Shown here: positions 25,783-36,949 of the stretch, piece after piece
Position numbering within the stretch: the stretch's first letter is position 1
Layout of the letters: every line of letters begins with the position of its first letter
Source of the DNA: Squalus acanthias
Taxonomy: Eukaryota
Assembly (NCBI GenBank): GCA_030390025.1
Contig: CM059432.1
Span: 125,862,001 to 125,926,000 of the forward strand
DNA length: 64,000 nucleotides
Reading direction: 5' to 3'
Made by a program: the position numbers and the translations under genes
The notes under the pieces: generated by a model
What the model was told of the DNA's origin: nothing
Database searches by the model: none
Seen by the model: the letters and a program-made list of their open reading frames with translations, nothing else

Positions 25783-26597
25783 GGGCTGGATTTTGTCAAT
25801 GGGGGCGCGTTGGAGGCGGGACTGCTGCTTGTCGGGTTTTAGTCCCGCCTCCATCGACTTGTGGCCAACCCACGCTATTTTCCCTTGATTGACCTTGTTA
25901 AGCCCGCCCAGTGGGCTTAGCAGGCCAATTAAGCGGAAGCCGGTTACAGAGAACGTCAGCGTATGACGTTTCATCTGTCAAATTTTTGACAGATGAATTG
26001 TCATCGTTTGACAGCTCTGTGAAGCTGTCAAACACTGACATTCTCTGTTGTTTGATGAGTCCTTGTATTCAAGACTCATCAAACCTATCTGCTGAGCAGA
26101 AATCAGATGGTTGTTGCATCGGAGAATGCAGCAGCCATCTGTCATCTCTGCTGGTGAGATGCGGGACTCTCCGGTTCGCCAACTGTTGAAGCCGGCAGGA
26201 AGAAACAAAGGTAAGTAAACATTTTCTATCACTTTTTACTCACCTCACATACTTACCTCTCCACACTTGCACCCATCACTTACCTCCACAGCGCACTTTT
26301 GCACCCCTCCGATCCCCGCAGACCCACTGCTCGCCTCAGTGACCCTGGTGGGGTTTCCCGATGTCGGAAAGCCCGCGCCTCTGCTGGAAAAATGGGGATA
26401 ATCCTCTTGACTGCCTGTTAACAGGCAGTTAAGTGGCTGTAATCCCCTTCCCGCCTCTAGGAGATGGGACCCGGTGCGAGTCGGCTACCCACCTCCTGGG
26501 AAGATGGGGCGGGATGGGTACCCGCCCCCAGATTCTGCCATTTTCCCGGCAGACCCGCCTCCAAACCCGCCTCCCCAGGGCTGGCAAAATCCAGCCC
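25783..26597. mobile_element. Harbinger MITE
   Basis: TIR gggctggattttg / caaaatccagccc; TSD ata at 25780-82 and 26598-600; homologous to 30743-31582 and, inverted, to 19079-19922. Confidence 0.93.
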
Positions 26598-27499
26598 ATA
26601 GTTACAGTGTTGCCATAAAGAAACCTACTCTGTATGGTGCACAGGGTGAAGCAGCGATGGAGGCCATTTCCTTGGCTGTGAATGCAGGATCACATACCTG
26701 TAGAAGCTGTAACAAGGTACCCGATTTGAAGTAAAGCGCCAAGGTGAGAAATGAAGATCACTGTAAAAATAGTAACAGTTTGCATTTATATAGCACCTTT
26801 TAATGTACTAAACATCAAGACACTTTATTGAAGGGGAGGTGGGAGAAAAAAATACATAAAAGGGTAGACACCGACCCATAGCGTGAGAATTAGGTAACTG
26901 ATAGCCTGGTGAACAAGATGGGTTTTGAGTAGATTTTTAAAGAGAAGTGATCTTTCTCAATGATGCCAGAAATCACTGTAGTACTATTAGATGCCCCTTG
27001 TCTCCAAGAAGCCATCCAGCTCCTTGCCCTTGATTCTGAAAGTGTACAATGACACTGGACTGCTGAAGGATGAATGATCCTGTGCCTGTAGTTGCATACT
27101 TTTTAGACATTAAGGGAGTGAAATCCCATTCGATTTGTGTAATGGTGTGGGTTGCAGTCCATCGCTCCAAGCAGCCATAGAAACCCAGCCATCTGATAAA
27201 AATTAATGGCTTGCTCATGCATTTGTCTTGATCCTGCATCAAAATGTAATGAACTAGGGTGTCCTAGCAAATAGAACATTAGTTAACTTGCCTTATGCAA
27301 GAATTAACAGCAAATTGATTGACCATGAAGAAGTCATCTGTCGCCCTTTAGAATTATCTGAGAAAATTAAGCCACTTTCTGAGCCACAGTAAGCTTGGTC
27401 CTGCTTCTTGAGGAAGTTTGCAGATATGACTTACAGAATGGAGCAAAGCTGTTTCTGGGCTTCTGGATTGAACCACAGCCTCCTAATACATAGATCCAG

Positions 27500-27676
27500 G
27501 GATGTATCCAAAGATGTGCGGGTTAGGTTGATTTGGCTATGATAAAAATTGACCCTTAGTGTTAAGGGGATTAAATACGTGGGGTTACGGGGATAGGGTG
27601 GGATATGTGTCGGTGCAGGCTCGATGGGCCGAAATGGCCTCTATCTGCACTGTGGGGATTCTGTGATTCTGTATTC
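27500..27676 (+). mobile_element. HE1-type SINE 3' part with CR1-derived tail
   Basis: ccaaagatgtgcgggttagg..tcgatgggccgaaatggcct..gattctgtgattct. Confidence 0.75.
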
Positions 27677-28399
27677 AATTAATATCTTCTGGATCTGTAC
27701 ACCCTGGTGGCTAGGTATCTGTGGGAGGTTCTGGATCTCTTAGTGGTGATGTTTTATGAGCCTGGTCTCCCAGGTTCTGTGCTGTTTCTCCTCCTCTTCC
27801 TCTTCCTTTTCCAACATATATATCACAAAGAGATGAATCCCCATTGGGAGATCCATACTGCAGCCTTACAAAACAAATCTCAAGGGAGACTTCCAAATAA
27901 AACTCTGAGCCTCAAAAATATTGTGCAAAAATATTTTTCCAAAAAAACACTCCACTCCAAAGTAGTGACTATACCACAATGAAACACAACAGTCACCTTT
28001 AAGAATTCAGCGTAAGGCTTCCTCAGCCACCACTCTAAGATTCTCCTGTTTTAAAGTGGTTTATGTTAGATGGATGTTGCCTAGGCTACAAATGACAGAA
28101 TTTAGGACAGATGATGCCATCCAGTTCTCAGACCATCTTTTGCACTCTTGTTAGGTTGGACACATCTTCCTCCCACCAATACTTCTGGCGGAATTTACAG
28201 CAGGATATAAGTGGGGCGGAAACCCGGCAGATCCAGTCTACGGTTCAAATCCCCCCCCCCCCCCCCCACCCCACCTCCCAGATAGATCTACTGGGCTTCC
28301 ATCCTACTAAACCATTGGAATTTCAGGGACACAGACTTGGGGGAGAGTTTTTTCAGGAGCGGACACAGAAGGAAGTGGGGTTGGGAGGGGGAAAGGGGA

Positions 28400-28680
28400 T
28401 GTGGGTGGAGAGCGAAACAAGAAAGTCATCAGAGATGGCCTTATCTGTGATTGGCACAATGGGAGTAACGAGGCCACGTGAAATGGCAAGGTCAAGTGAA
28501 TATGGGTAGGTGAGTTTATATGGAGGGAAGAGATTAAAGGAGGATAGGAGGGCAGTGAACTCGGAGGAGAGACAGCATGATGAGTTGAGATGGAGTTTAA
28601 AATCACCGAGGATGAGAGGTCGCTCGGTGCAGAGGCTGAGGGAGGAAAGCAGTGAAGATTCAGTTTCTGTTCTGCAGGTG
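28400..28680 (-). mobile_element. Old L2-like LINE endonuclease relic
   Basis: Minus-strand similarity to L2 endonuclease (LILGDF.LH, SPTHI, ISDD): aaaatcaccgaggatgag. Confidence 0.5.
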
Positions 28681-29786
28681 TGTTCTCTGTGACTAAAGAT
28701 TCTTGGCTCAAAATAGACTCTTGAGGATGTTCTGGATATAGTATCCTAAGATTTGCTTTGAGGATACAACGTATCACGTTTCGGCTCAGCTAGCCAAATT
28801 TTCTGGAGTTTTATTTCCTATGGCAATTGTGGTATAAAACACCTAGACCTGTGTTTTTAACAATGGAAGCAAAACGTATTCATGTTTCAGACAAGTTCTA
28901 TGGCGTTGTTGCCCGATTATTCTCACTATATATTAAAATTACAGGCAGGGCAGAGGATTGCTATTCCTTTTAGTGCAATGTTCCCATATGTGCTCCTGGC
29001 GTCTACTGCTCTGCACTGGGAGTGCAAAAGCAATTCAGGCTCTCTTTTTATTTACATTCATAGTGAATTGCAGTTTCCATTAGCAGACCTGTGACCCCTA
29101 TAGCCTGAAACTTGCAACCTTCGATGTGCCATAAATGAAAATAACTTGCCTCAGGATTAACAGTAACCCTTTTTTAATGAGACATTTCACAATGGAAATC
29201 GCATGGGATGCCCACTGTGCACTCCTGATCTCTTCAATAGGTGGAAAAACTTCATGCTGTCAGACCATATAGTTCAAACTAAATCTACCAGCAGAATTGA
29301 TTACAAGAAATCCTCATAGATACAAAAGAGCAAAGTGCAATGCTAAACTTAAACATCACTTTATCCTACCTGAAACTAACTGTGTTCCGTAGTCTTGGCG
29401 TTGTTTTCAGAGTCCTTTAACTGAGTCTTTAGATAATTGTTATGTGGCCCCACTGAGTTTTGTCGCACTCTGTAATGTGAAGATAAATGCTTAAAGTGAT
29501 GAGTTACAGAACATGGAGAGCCAGCTTTAAATGTGTATCTCATGCAGACATTTGACACCTTAGATCATTCTTACCTCTCTTAATATCTCAATTAATGGGT
29601 AAGCCATTACAGATAACAACCCCATTTCCTCTTGCAGTGGCAAGTCAAATAATCTTGACCTGCTGAGTGTTTGCAGGCAATAACGAAGACAAAGGATAGG
29701 CCGCTCTCCTCTCAACCTCATAGTTAACTCCAAACAGCATTGTGTATTGCTTACACAACTCCCCAGGGTTAAAAACAAAAGAATAT

Positions 29787-32402
29787 GGGGGGAATTTTTT
29801 GGGCGGGTCAGCGGGCACGTTTGGTGGCGGGTCGGCTGGGAATTTTTTTTTTTGACCGGGTAGGGACCCCGCTGTCAACCCGCCTCCACGCGAGTCTCCC
29901 AGATGTTGGGTCTGTCGTCGCTGAACAGACCCGATACCAAGCGGCGGGGGAGACAATTTAGATCATTAGATAGATTGTTAAGAGGCAATTAAATAGCATT
30001 TTAAGCTCACCTTTAGATTTTTAAAGTTGGCCAATGGCTTCCCCGCTGCTCGGAGATCATGTCAGGTAAGGAGGTCGGGTGTTGTGTTAGCATGGTATGA
30101 TTTCTTTACTTAACAGCTGCAAATGGTCTGTAAAAGCTCCCATTTCATAGGTGTTCACTTTCCAAGGTTAGAAGCTGTTGTTTACTGCATTTGGAAGACA
30201 GATTGAGCTTTATGCAGCTTGCAAGTGTTTGGAGCAAACTCTGTATCCAGTGTCACCTCATTGGAACAACCTCTCTCACCATTGACAGATCGCTTCTGCC
30301 ATCTCAACCTCACCGGCCATCTATTCCATCAGCATCGGTGCCCTTGAAAAATATCACCTTGGTCCTTAGAATCCCACCACGATCAGCCCCAACACCAGCA
30401 GCACCAGGCACACCAGTAGCACCAACAACAACACCAACCTTCTCCACAATCACCTGATGCTGCACAGACAGGGCATCAGCACCCGACCACATTGCTGCCC
30501 AGGACGCCAGGGATGGCCTCACCGTGGCCAGATTTACTTCACTTGATGCTGCACACCCTGGCTGCCACATGATGCGCCAGGTTGGCACCACCCCACACCA
30601 ACACAATAAAGCATCCCTGCAATGCCCAAACCATTCCTTTCACACTCACCACCATTGCGGGGGGTACCGTTATGTCTCACCATTCACTGCAACTCACTAA
30701 GCCACTTCCAAAGGTGCACACAAATCTATCCAAGAACGCAAAGGGCTGGATTTTGATACTGGGGACGTGATGGAGGCGGGACTCCCACTTTTTGGGTTGT
30801 AGTCCCGCCTCCATCGACTTGTGGCCAACCCACTGTATTTTCACTTGATTGACCTTGTTAAGCCCGCCCAGTGGGCTCAGCAGGCCAATCAAGGGCCACC
30901 CGGCAACAGGTGACGTCACATATTGACATTTCATCTGTCAAGGGCTTTTGACAGATGAAATATCAGCGTTTGACAGCTCTGTGAAGCTGTCAAACACTCA
31001 CAATATGATTTCTAACTTCAGTCCTTCCTTTCAGGCTGAGTTAGAAATCATTCCAGCACAGAAAGCAGAAGGCTGCAGTTTTTGACAGCACCACGACCAT
31101 TGTGCTTTCTGTGCCGGTGAGATTTCTGATTTCTGACTCCTGAGACCTGAAGGGCTGACACCTGCAGGAGGAAGTTAAGGTAAGTAAAAAATTTTCCCAC
31201 ACTTTACACTTACCTTACACACTTACCTCTGCACACATGCACCCATCACTCACCTGCCCACCGGACATATCGACCCCTCCAACCCCTGCAGACCCACGGT
31301 CCGCCTCGCTAAATTGGCGTGGTTGGGACCTGTCGGGAAGCCCACATTTCAGCTTTTAAAATAGGGATTAGGCAAAAAACTGCCTGTTAACTACCTGTTA
31401 ACAGGCAGTTAATTGTCACTAATCCCTTCCTGCCTCGGGGAGGCGGGTCCCAGCACAGGTCGGGTACCTGCCTCCAGCGAAACTGGCATGGGGGCGGGAT
31501 GGGTTCCGGACCTCCGAATCTGCAACTTTAACCCCCCACATGCCTCCAAACCCGCCTCCACGGGTCAATAAAAATCCAGCCCAAAGTGTTCAAAATAAAG
31601 ATTTCAATGTTTGACAGCACATTAACACAAACTTCACATGAACATTGACTAAAACACCCAAGTGCCTACCTTTGTGTGTTGTTAGTTGTTATGATTGGAC
31701 TAGGATGAGGGTGAGTGTGAGAGGTGGCTAGTGAGATGAGGGTGTGATAGTGTAGATAGAGAGGGATGGGTGGAGGTGCAAGGTAAGTTGGTGTGAGTAA
31801 GAATGTGCAGGAGTAGGGTAGGGAAGGCAAAGTCATGGGGATGTGATGAGTGGCACAGCAGGATGAGGTTGAGTGTGGCTTTGCAGTAACATTTCGTGAT
31901 CTACTGAGATCATTGAAACGTTTGCGCCACTGCAGCCTGGTCCTCCTGATGACATCCCTGCTTGTGTCCTCCTGTGCAATGTGCAACCAGGCTGCATTGA
32001 TCTCCTGGGGAGGTCTCTTCTGCCCATGGGAAGGGAATAGAGCCTCCCTGCGTGCTGTGACTCCCTCCATAAGCATATGGAGGGAGTTATGGGAGAGTCT
32101 GGGTGCAGCCCTGCACCTCTGTGCAGTGTTTGCAGCACCTCAGTGCTGTAGAACACTGACAGCAGAACTGTCAAAATCAATTTGCGCACGGTCCCTTTAA
32201 GGAAACCGGCTGATGGTGCGTCATCAAGTAACATCATCAGACCCGCTTCCTTCAATTGGCCGGAAAACGCGCAAGGTGGGATTAACAAGCCCAATCAGCG
32301 TAAAATTCATTGCACAGAGTGGGCTGGAGCCAGCAGTGGGGTCGCCCCCCCGCCACCAACCCCGGCCACACCGGACCCACCTCAGTAGGCAAAACCGTAG
32401 CC
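29787..32402. mobile_element. Harbinger deletion derivative with a Myb/SANT exon-1 remnant (about 31880-32120, minus strand) and a nested MITE
   Basis: Left end ggggggaattttt; REALFPSHGQKRPPQEINAAWLHIAQE..WRKRFNDLSRS. The right TIR is degenerate. Confidence 0.8.
30743..31582. mobile_element. Harbinger MITE nested in a Harbinger element
   Basis: TIR gggctggatttt / aaaatccagccc; TSD aaa at 30740-42 and 31583-85. Confidence 0.93.
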
Positions 32403-33289
32403 TACCTTTTAGAAAAAAACTAATATAGCTCCATTTTAAACTCACAGCACATTGGCCTACCTACAATTTCATACAAATCAGCTATAATATAGAAATATCT
32501 TATGCTGTAGAATCATGGAATTATGACAGAAGGAGACTATTTGTCCTATCAAACCTGTGTCGATGCTAATTCCTTAACTAGAGCTATCTACTCTGATCTC
32601 ATTTCCTTTCGCTTTCCCCATATCTTTTAAATTCTTCCTTTTTAAATATGCATACAATTCACATTTAATTCATATCATACTCTTTTCCCCAAATAGTTAC
32701 TTGTGATAAGGTATTCATTTCTCCTTCATTCTTCCAGTGATAATCCTGACTTTATATCCACCTTTTTAACCCCCTTTGCAACCAGTGGCAACTATCTTTT
32801 TAGCCTCTCAAAACCTTTCATAATTTTTATTCGACTTAACCTTTTCTGATCTAGTTAAGAATTCCCCAATTTTTCAAGCCTTTCTTCATTATTATAACCT
32901 GTCATTTCTGCTATATGTTTTAGTGAATCTTTGCTGTACACTTTCCATGGTTCTGATATGCTTCCTATAATAAGTTGCGCAGATCTGCAAACAAAACATA
33001 AGAACATAAGAATTAGGAGCAGGAGTAGGCCATATGGCCTCTCGAGCCTGCTCCGCCATTCAATAAGATCACGGCTGAACTTTTACATCAACTCCACTTT
33101 CCCACCATACTCAAATTCACTAAAACAAAAGCAAAATACTGCGGATGCTGGAAATCTGAAATACAAACAGAAAATGCTGGAAATCAAGGGAAAATAGCGT
33201 GGGTTGGCCACAAATCGATGGAGGCGGGACATCGACCCGCCAAGCAACAGTCCCGCCACCAACGCGCCCCCATTAACAAAATCGCCCCC

Positions 33290-33320
33290 AACGTTTCAGG
33301 TCGATGACCTTTCGTCAGAA
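33290..33320 (-). ncRNA. Minimal hammerhead ribozyme motif (tandem copy; 3' strand of stem I lost)
   Basis: UU-CUGACGA-A-AGGUC-AUC-GACCU-GAAACGUU. Confidence 0.65.
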
Positions 33321-33325
33321 ACTGA

Positions 33326-33359
33326 GTTAACGTTTCAGGTCGATGACCTTTCATCAGAA
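33326..33359 (-). ncRNA. Minimal type I hammerhead ribozyme motif
   Basis: UU-CUGAUGA-A-AGGUC-AUC-GACCU-GAAACGUU-AAC. Confidence 0.75.
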
Positions 33360-33360
33360 T

Positions 33361-33395
33361 GTTCTGACGATAGGTCATTCACCTGAAACGTTAAC
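33361..33395 (+). ncRNA. Minimal hammerhead motif, slightly degenerate stem II
   Basis: GUU-CUGACGA-U-AGGU-CAUUC-ACCU-GAAACGUU-AAC. Confidence 0.65.
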
Positions 33396-33724
33396 TCTGT
33401 TTCTCTCTCCTCAGATGCTGCCTGACCCACTGAGTATTTCCAGCATTTTCTGTTTTCATTGTACAAATTCACTCTTGTTTTTCCCAAAATGTACTATTTC
33501 ACATTTCACTGCATCTGTCACCTATCATTCCATTCTGCTAACCTGTCTGTCTTCCTGAAATCTCCTGCATTCTTCCTCTGAGTTTGCCATGTCACCTAAT
33601 TTGTAGCATCGGTAAACTTTGATATTATTCCTCTTGTGCCAATACCCAAATCATTTATATAAATGGAATACAAGAAATCCCAGCATAGACCTCTGGGGCA
33701 CACCACCCACATCTTGTCAATCTG

Positions 33725-33870
33725 AAAAGAAAGAACTTGCATTTATATAACACCCTTTAGAACCTCCCAAAGCACTTTACAGCCAATGATTTATTTTTGA
33801 AGTGTAATCACTGTTGTTATGTAGTTAAACGTGGTAGCACAAACAGTAAATGATCAGATAATCCCTTTTG
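33725..33870 (-). mobile_element. DeuSINE 3' fragment
   Basis: aacttgcatttatata..cccaaagcactttacagccaatga. Confidence 0.7.
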
Positions 33871-33898
33871 GTTTTGCGTCCATTACAGACAATACTGA

Positions 33899-34039
33899 GT
33901 CCCTGAATTTCCACAGAAATTCTGCTGCTGCGCCATTATAACTTGGTAGGAAGTGTGTACACACTTAAACGGGGTTTCCACCGCACTTCTGATGAAGTTA
34001 CGGTAGCGCAGCAGGAGAGGGCCGAGGAAATTCAGGGTC
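33899..34039. mobile_element. About 140-bp MITE (Harbinger-like ends)
   Basis: 12-bp inverted repeat ccctgaatttcc (33901-12) / ggaaattcaggg (34026-37). Confidence 0.6.
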
Positions 34040-34254
34040 TAAATCTTTCAAGATCCACAAAGCAGTTAAAACTTGCTAAAAACTGACAAATTTAGAACTC
34101 GACTCAAATAGAAAATGGCCACAAAAACAATGTAATATTTCAGAACTGAACAGCAAACATTCCGTTTTTTTCACCACTACAAGGCTGTCCTTTAGCACAT
34201 TTAAACAGTAGTTTCATAAAATAGAATATTGTGAGCTCTCCTTAGTTGCTTATT

Positions 34255-36390
34255 TAACATAAGAACATAAGAAATAGGAGCAGGAATAGGCCTCTTGGCC
34301 CCTCGAGCCTGCTCCGCCATTCAATAAGATCATGGCTGATCTTGGGCTCAAAGCCACTTCCCATAACCCTTCACTCCCTTATCTTGCAAAAATCTGTCTG
34401 TATCTCCACCTTAAATGTATTTAATGACCCAGCCTCCACGACTCTCTGGGGCAGAGAATTCCACAGATTTATGAGAAGAAATTCCTCCTCATCTCAGTTC
34501 TAAAAGGGCGACCCTTTATTCTGAAACTGTGCCCCCGAGTTCTAGATTTCCCCACAAGGGGAACCATCCTCTCTGCATCTACCTTGTCGTGCCCCCTCAG
34601 TATCTTATATGTTTCAATAAGATCACCTCTCATTCTCCTAAATTCCAATGAGTATAGGCCCAACCTGCTCAACCTTTCTTCATAAGTCAACCCCCTCATC
34701 TCAGGAATCAACAGTGTGAATCGTCTCTGAACTGCCTCCAATGCAAGTATATCCTTCCTTAAATAAGGAGACCAAAACTGTACGCAGTACTCCAGGTGTG
34801 GTCTCACCAATACCCTGTACAGTTGTAGCAGGACTTCCCTGCTTTTATACTCCAACCCCCTTGCAATAAAGGCCAATATTCCATTTACTTTTTTGATTAC
34901 TTGCTGTACCTGCATGCTAACTTTTTGTGTTTCATGCACAAGGACCCCCAGGTCCCTCTGAACTGTAGCATTTTGTAATCTCTCTCCATTTAAATAATAA
35001 TTTGCTTTTTTATTTTTCCTGTCAAAGTGGATAACCTCACACTTTCCCACATTATACTCCATCTGCCAAATGTTTGCCCACTCACTTAGCCTGTCTATAT
35101 CCCTTTGCAGATTCTTTGAGTCCTCTGCACAACTTGCTTTCCCATCCATCTTTGTATCATCCGCAAACTTGGCCTACATTACACTCGGTCCCTTCATCCA
35201 AGTCATTAATGTGGATTGTAAATAGTTGAGGCCCCAGCACCGATCCCTGTGGCACCCCACTAGTTACCGTTTGCCAACCGGAAAATTATCCATTTATCCC
35301 AACTCTCTGCTTTCTGTTAGTTAGCCAATTCTCTATCCATGCTAATATATTACCCCCAACTCCGTGAGCTCTTATCTTATGCAGTAACCTTTTATATGGC
35401 ACCTTATCGAATGCCTTCTGGAAATCCAAATACACCACATCCACTGGCTCACCCTTATCCACCCTACTCGTTACATCCTCAAAGAACTCCAGCAAATTTG
35501 TTAAACATGATTTCCCTTTCATAAAACCATGCTGACTCTGCTTGACTGCATTATGATTTTCCAAATGCCCTGCTACTGCTTCCTTAATGAAGGACTCCAG
35601 CATTTTCCCAACGACAGATGTTAGGCTAACTGGTCTATAGTTTCCTGCTTTCTGTCTCCCTCCTTTCTTAAATAGGGGTGTTACATTTGCAGTTTTCCAA
35701 TCCGCTGGAACCTCTCCAGAGTCCAGGGAATTTTGGTATATTGCAACCAATGCATCCACTATCTCTGCAGCCACTTCTTTTAAGACCCTGGGATGCAGGC
35801 CATCTGGTCCAGAGGACTTGTCGTCTTTTAGTCCCATTATTTTACCAAGTATTTTTTCCTTAGTGATAGTGATTGTCTTTAGTTTCCCCCTCCCTGTGGC
35901 CCCTTGATTATCCATTATTGGGATGTTGTTAGTGTCTTCTACCGTGAAGACAGATACAAAATATTTGTTCAGAGTCTCTGCCATTTCCCCGTTCCCCATT
36001 ATTAATTCTCCATTCTCATCCTCTAAGGGACCAACGTTTACTTTAGCTACTCTCTTCCTTTTTATATACCTGTAGAAGCTTTTACTTTCTGTTTTAATAT
36101 TTCTTGCCAGTTTACTCTCATAATTCATCTTCTATCTCTCTTATATTTTTTTAGTCATCCTTTGCTGGTTTTTTTTAATTTCCCAATCCTCTGGTCTCCC
36201 ACCAATCTTGGCAACATTGTATGCCTTCGTTTTCAATTTGATACCATCCTTTACTTCCTTAGTTAGCCACGGATAGCGCTCCCTTCTCTTAAAATCTTTC
36301 TTTCTCACTGGAATATATTTTTGTTGAGAGCTATAAAATAGCTCCTTAAATGTCCGCCACTGCATTTCAACTGTCTTACCTTTTAATTTA
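34255..36390 (-). mobile_element. CR1 (HER1-like) LINE, 2.1 kb, frameshifted ORF2
   Basis: [59 protein letters not shown]. Confidence 0.96.
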
Positions 36391-36949
36391 ACAAATGCAA
36401 TGCCAAGAGTCAACTGAGCTATTCAGATCAAGTCCCTGGTTCGATCTCTGATTTTGATGAGGTAGCTGTGGTAAAGGTGCTAAAATTAAGCTCAGTGTCC
36501 CCCAGTTAAGGAGGGAATAAAAAATCAGCCGTGGCTCGCACTGTTGAGAACAGGATCGGGTTTGATTAATGGTCTCCATAGTAAAATAGGTTGCCAACAG
36601 TTGTCATCTATGCTCACGTGTTGAGAATGATCACTTGGGAAAGAAATTGGAGGGCGGATGACAGTCATGGAACCATACCCTAGCAACAATAGTGCCTTCA
36701 GGTAAGGAAGGGGGAATACATCTAGATTTATTTCACTGGTCAATGAGACTTTGTTCCTTCTAAGTTGTGTGCGTTATGTACTCATGACAGAATGCTACAG
36801 TAAATTAGCACACATCCTTTCACTCTGGGAGCTGGGTTCAAATGCAGCCTGGATTGGTGCACTGAAACTGCCTATTGAGTGTAAGCATTATACTCAAAAT
36901 GTCTTTGGGTCATTTTGATCTAATTTTTTTTGTCGCATTCTGCCTACAC

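Larger units (their letters stand above)
33122..33463. mobile_element. Non-autonomous Penelope-like inverted-repeat element carrying hammerhead motifs
   Basis: TSD caaattcact at 33112-21 and 33464-73; inverted arms 33165-84/33436-55 and 33326-59/33362-95; three CTGAYGA..GAAACGTT motifs. Confidence 0.8.
32510..33720 (-). mobile_element. Old CR1 relic, interrupted by a younger CR1 tail (about 32995-33110) and the hairpin element
   Basis: Decayed CR1 3' sequence; aacataagaacataaga tail at 32995. Confidence 0.6.

Noticed and set aside
29576..29778. Minus-strand exon ending at a strong donor (GAG/gtaaga)
   Set aside because: The translation is unrecognisable and there is no convincing acceptor or partner exon.
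33988..34030. CTGATGA motif as another hammerhead (also at 1614 and 43560)
   Set aside because: No stem II followed by GAAA and an NUH triplet.
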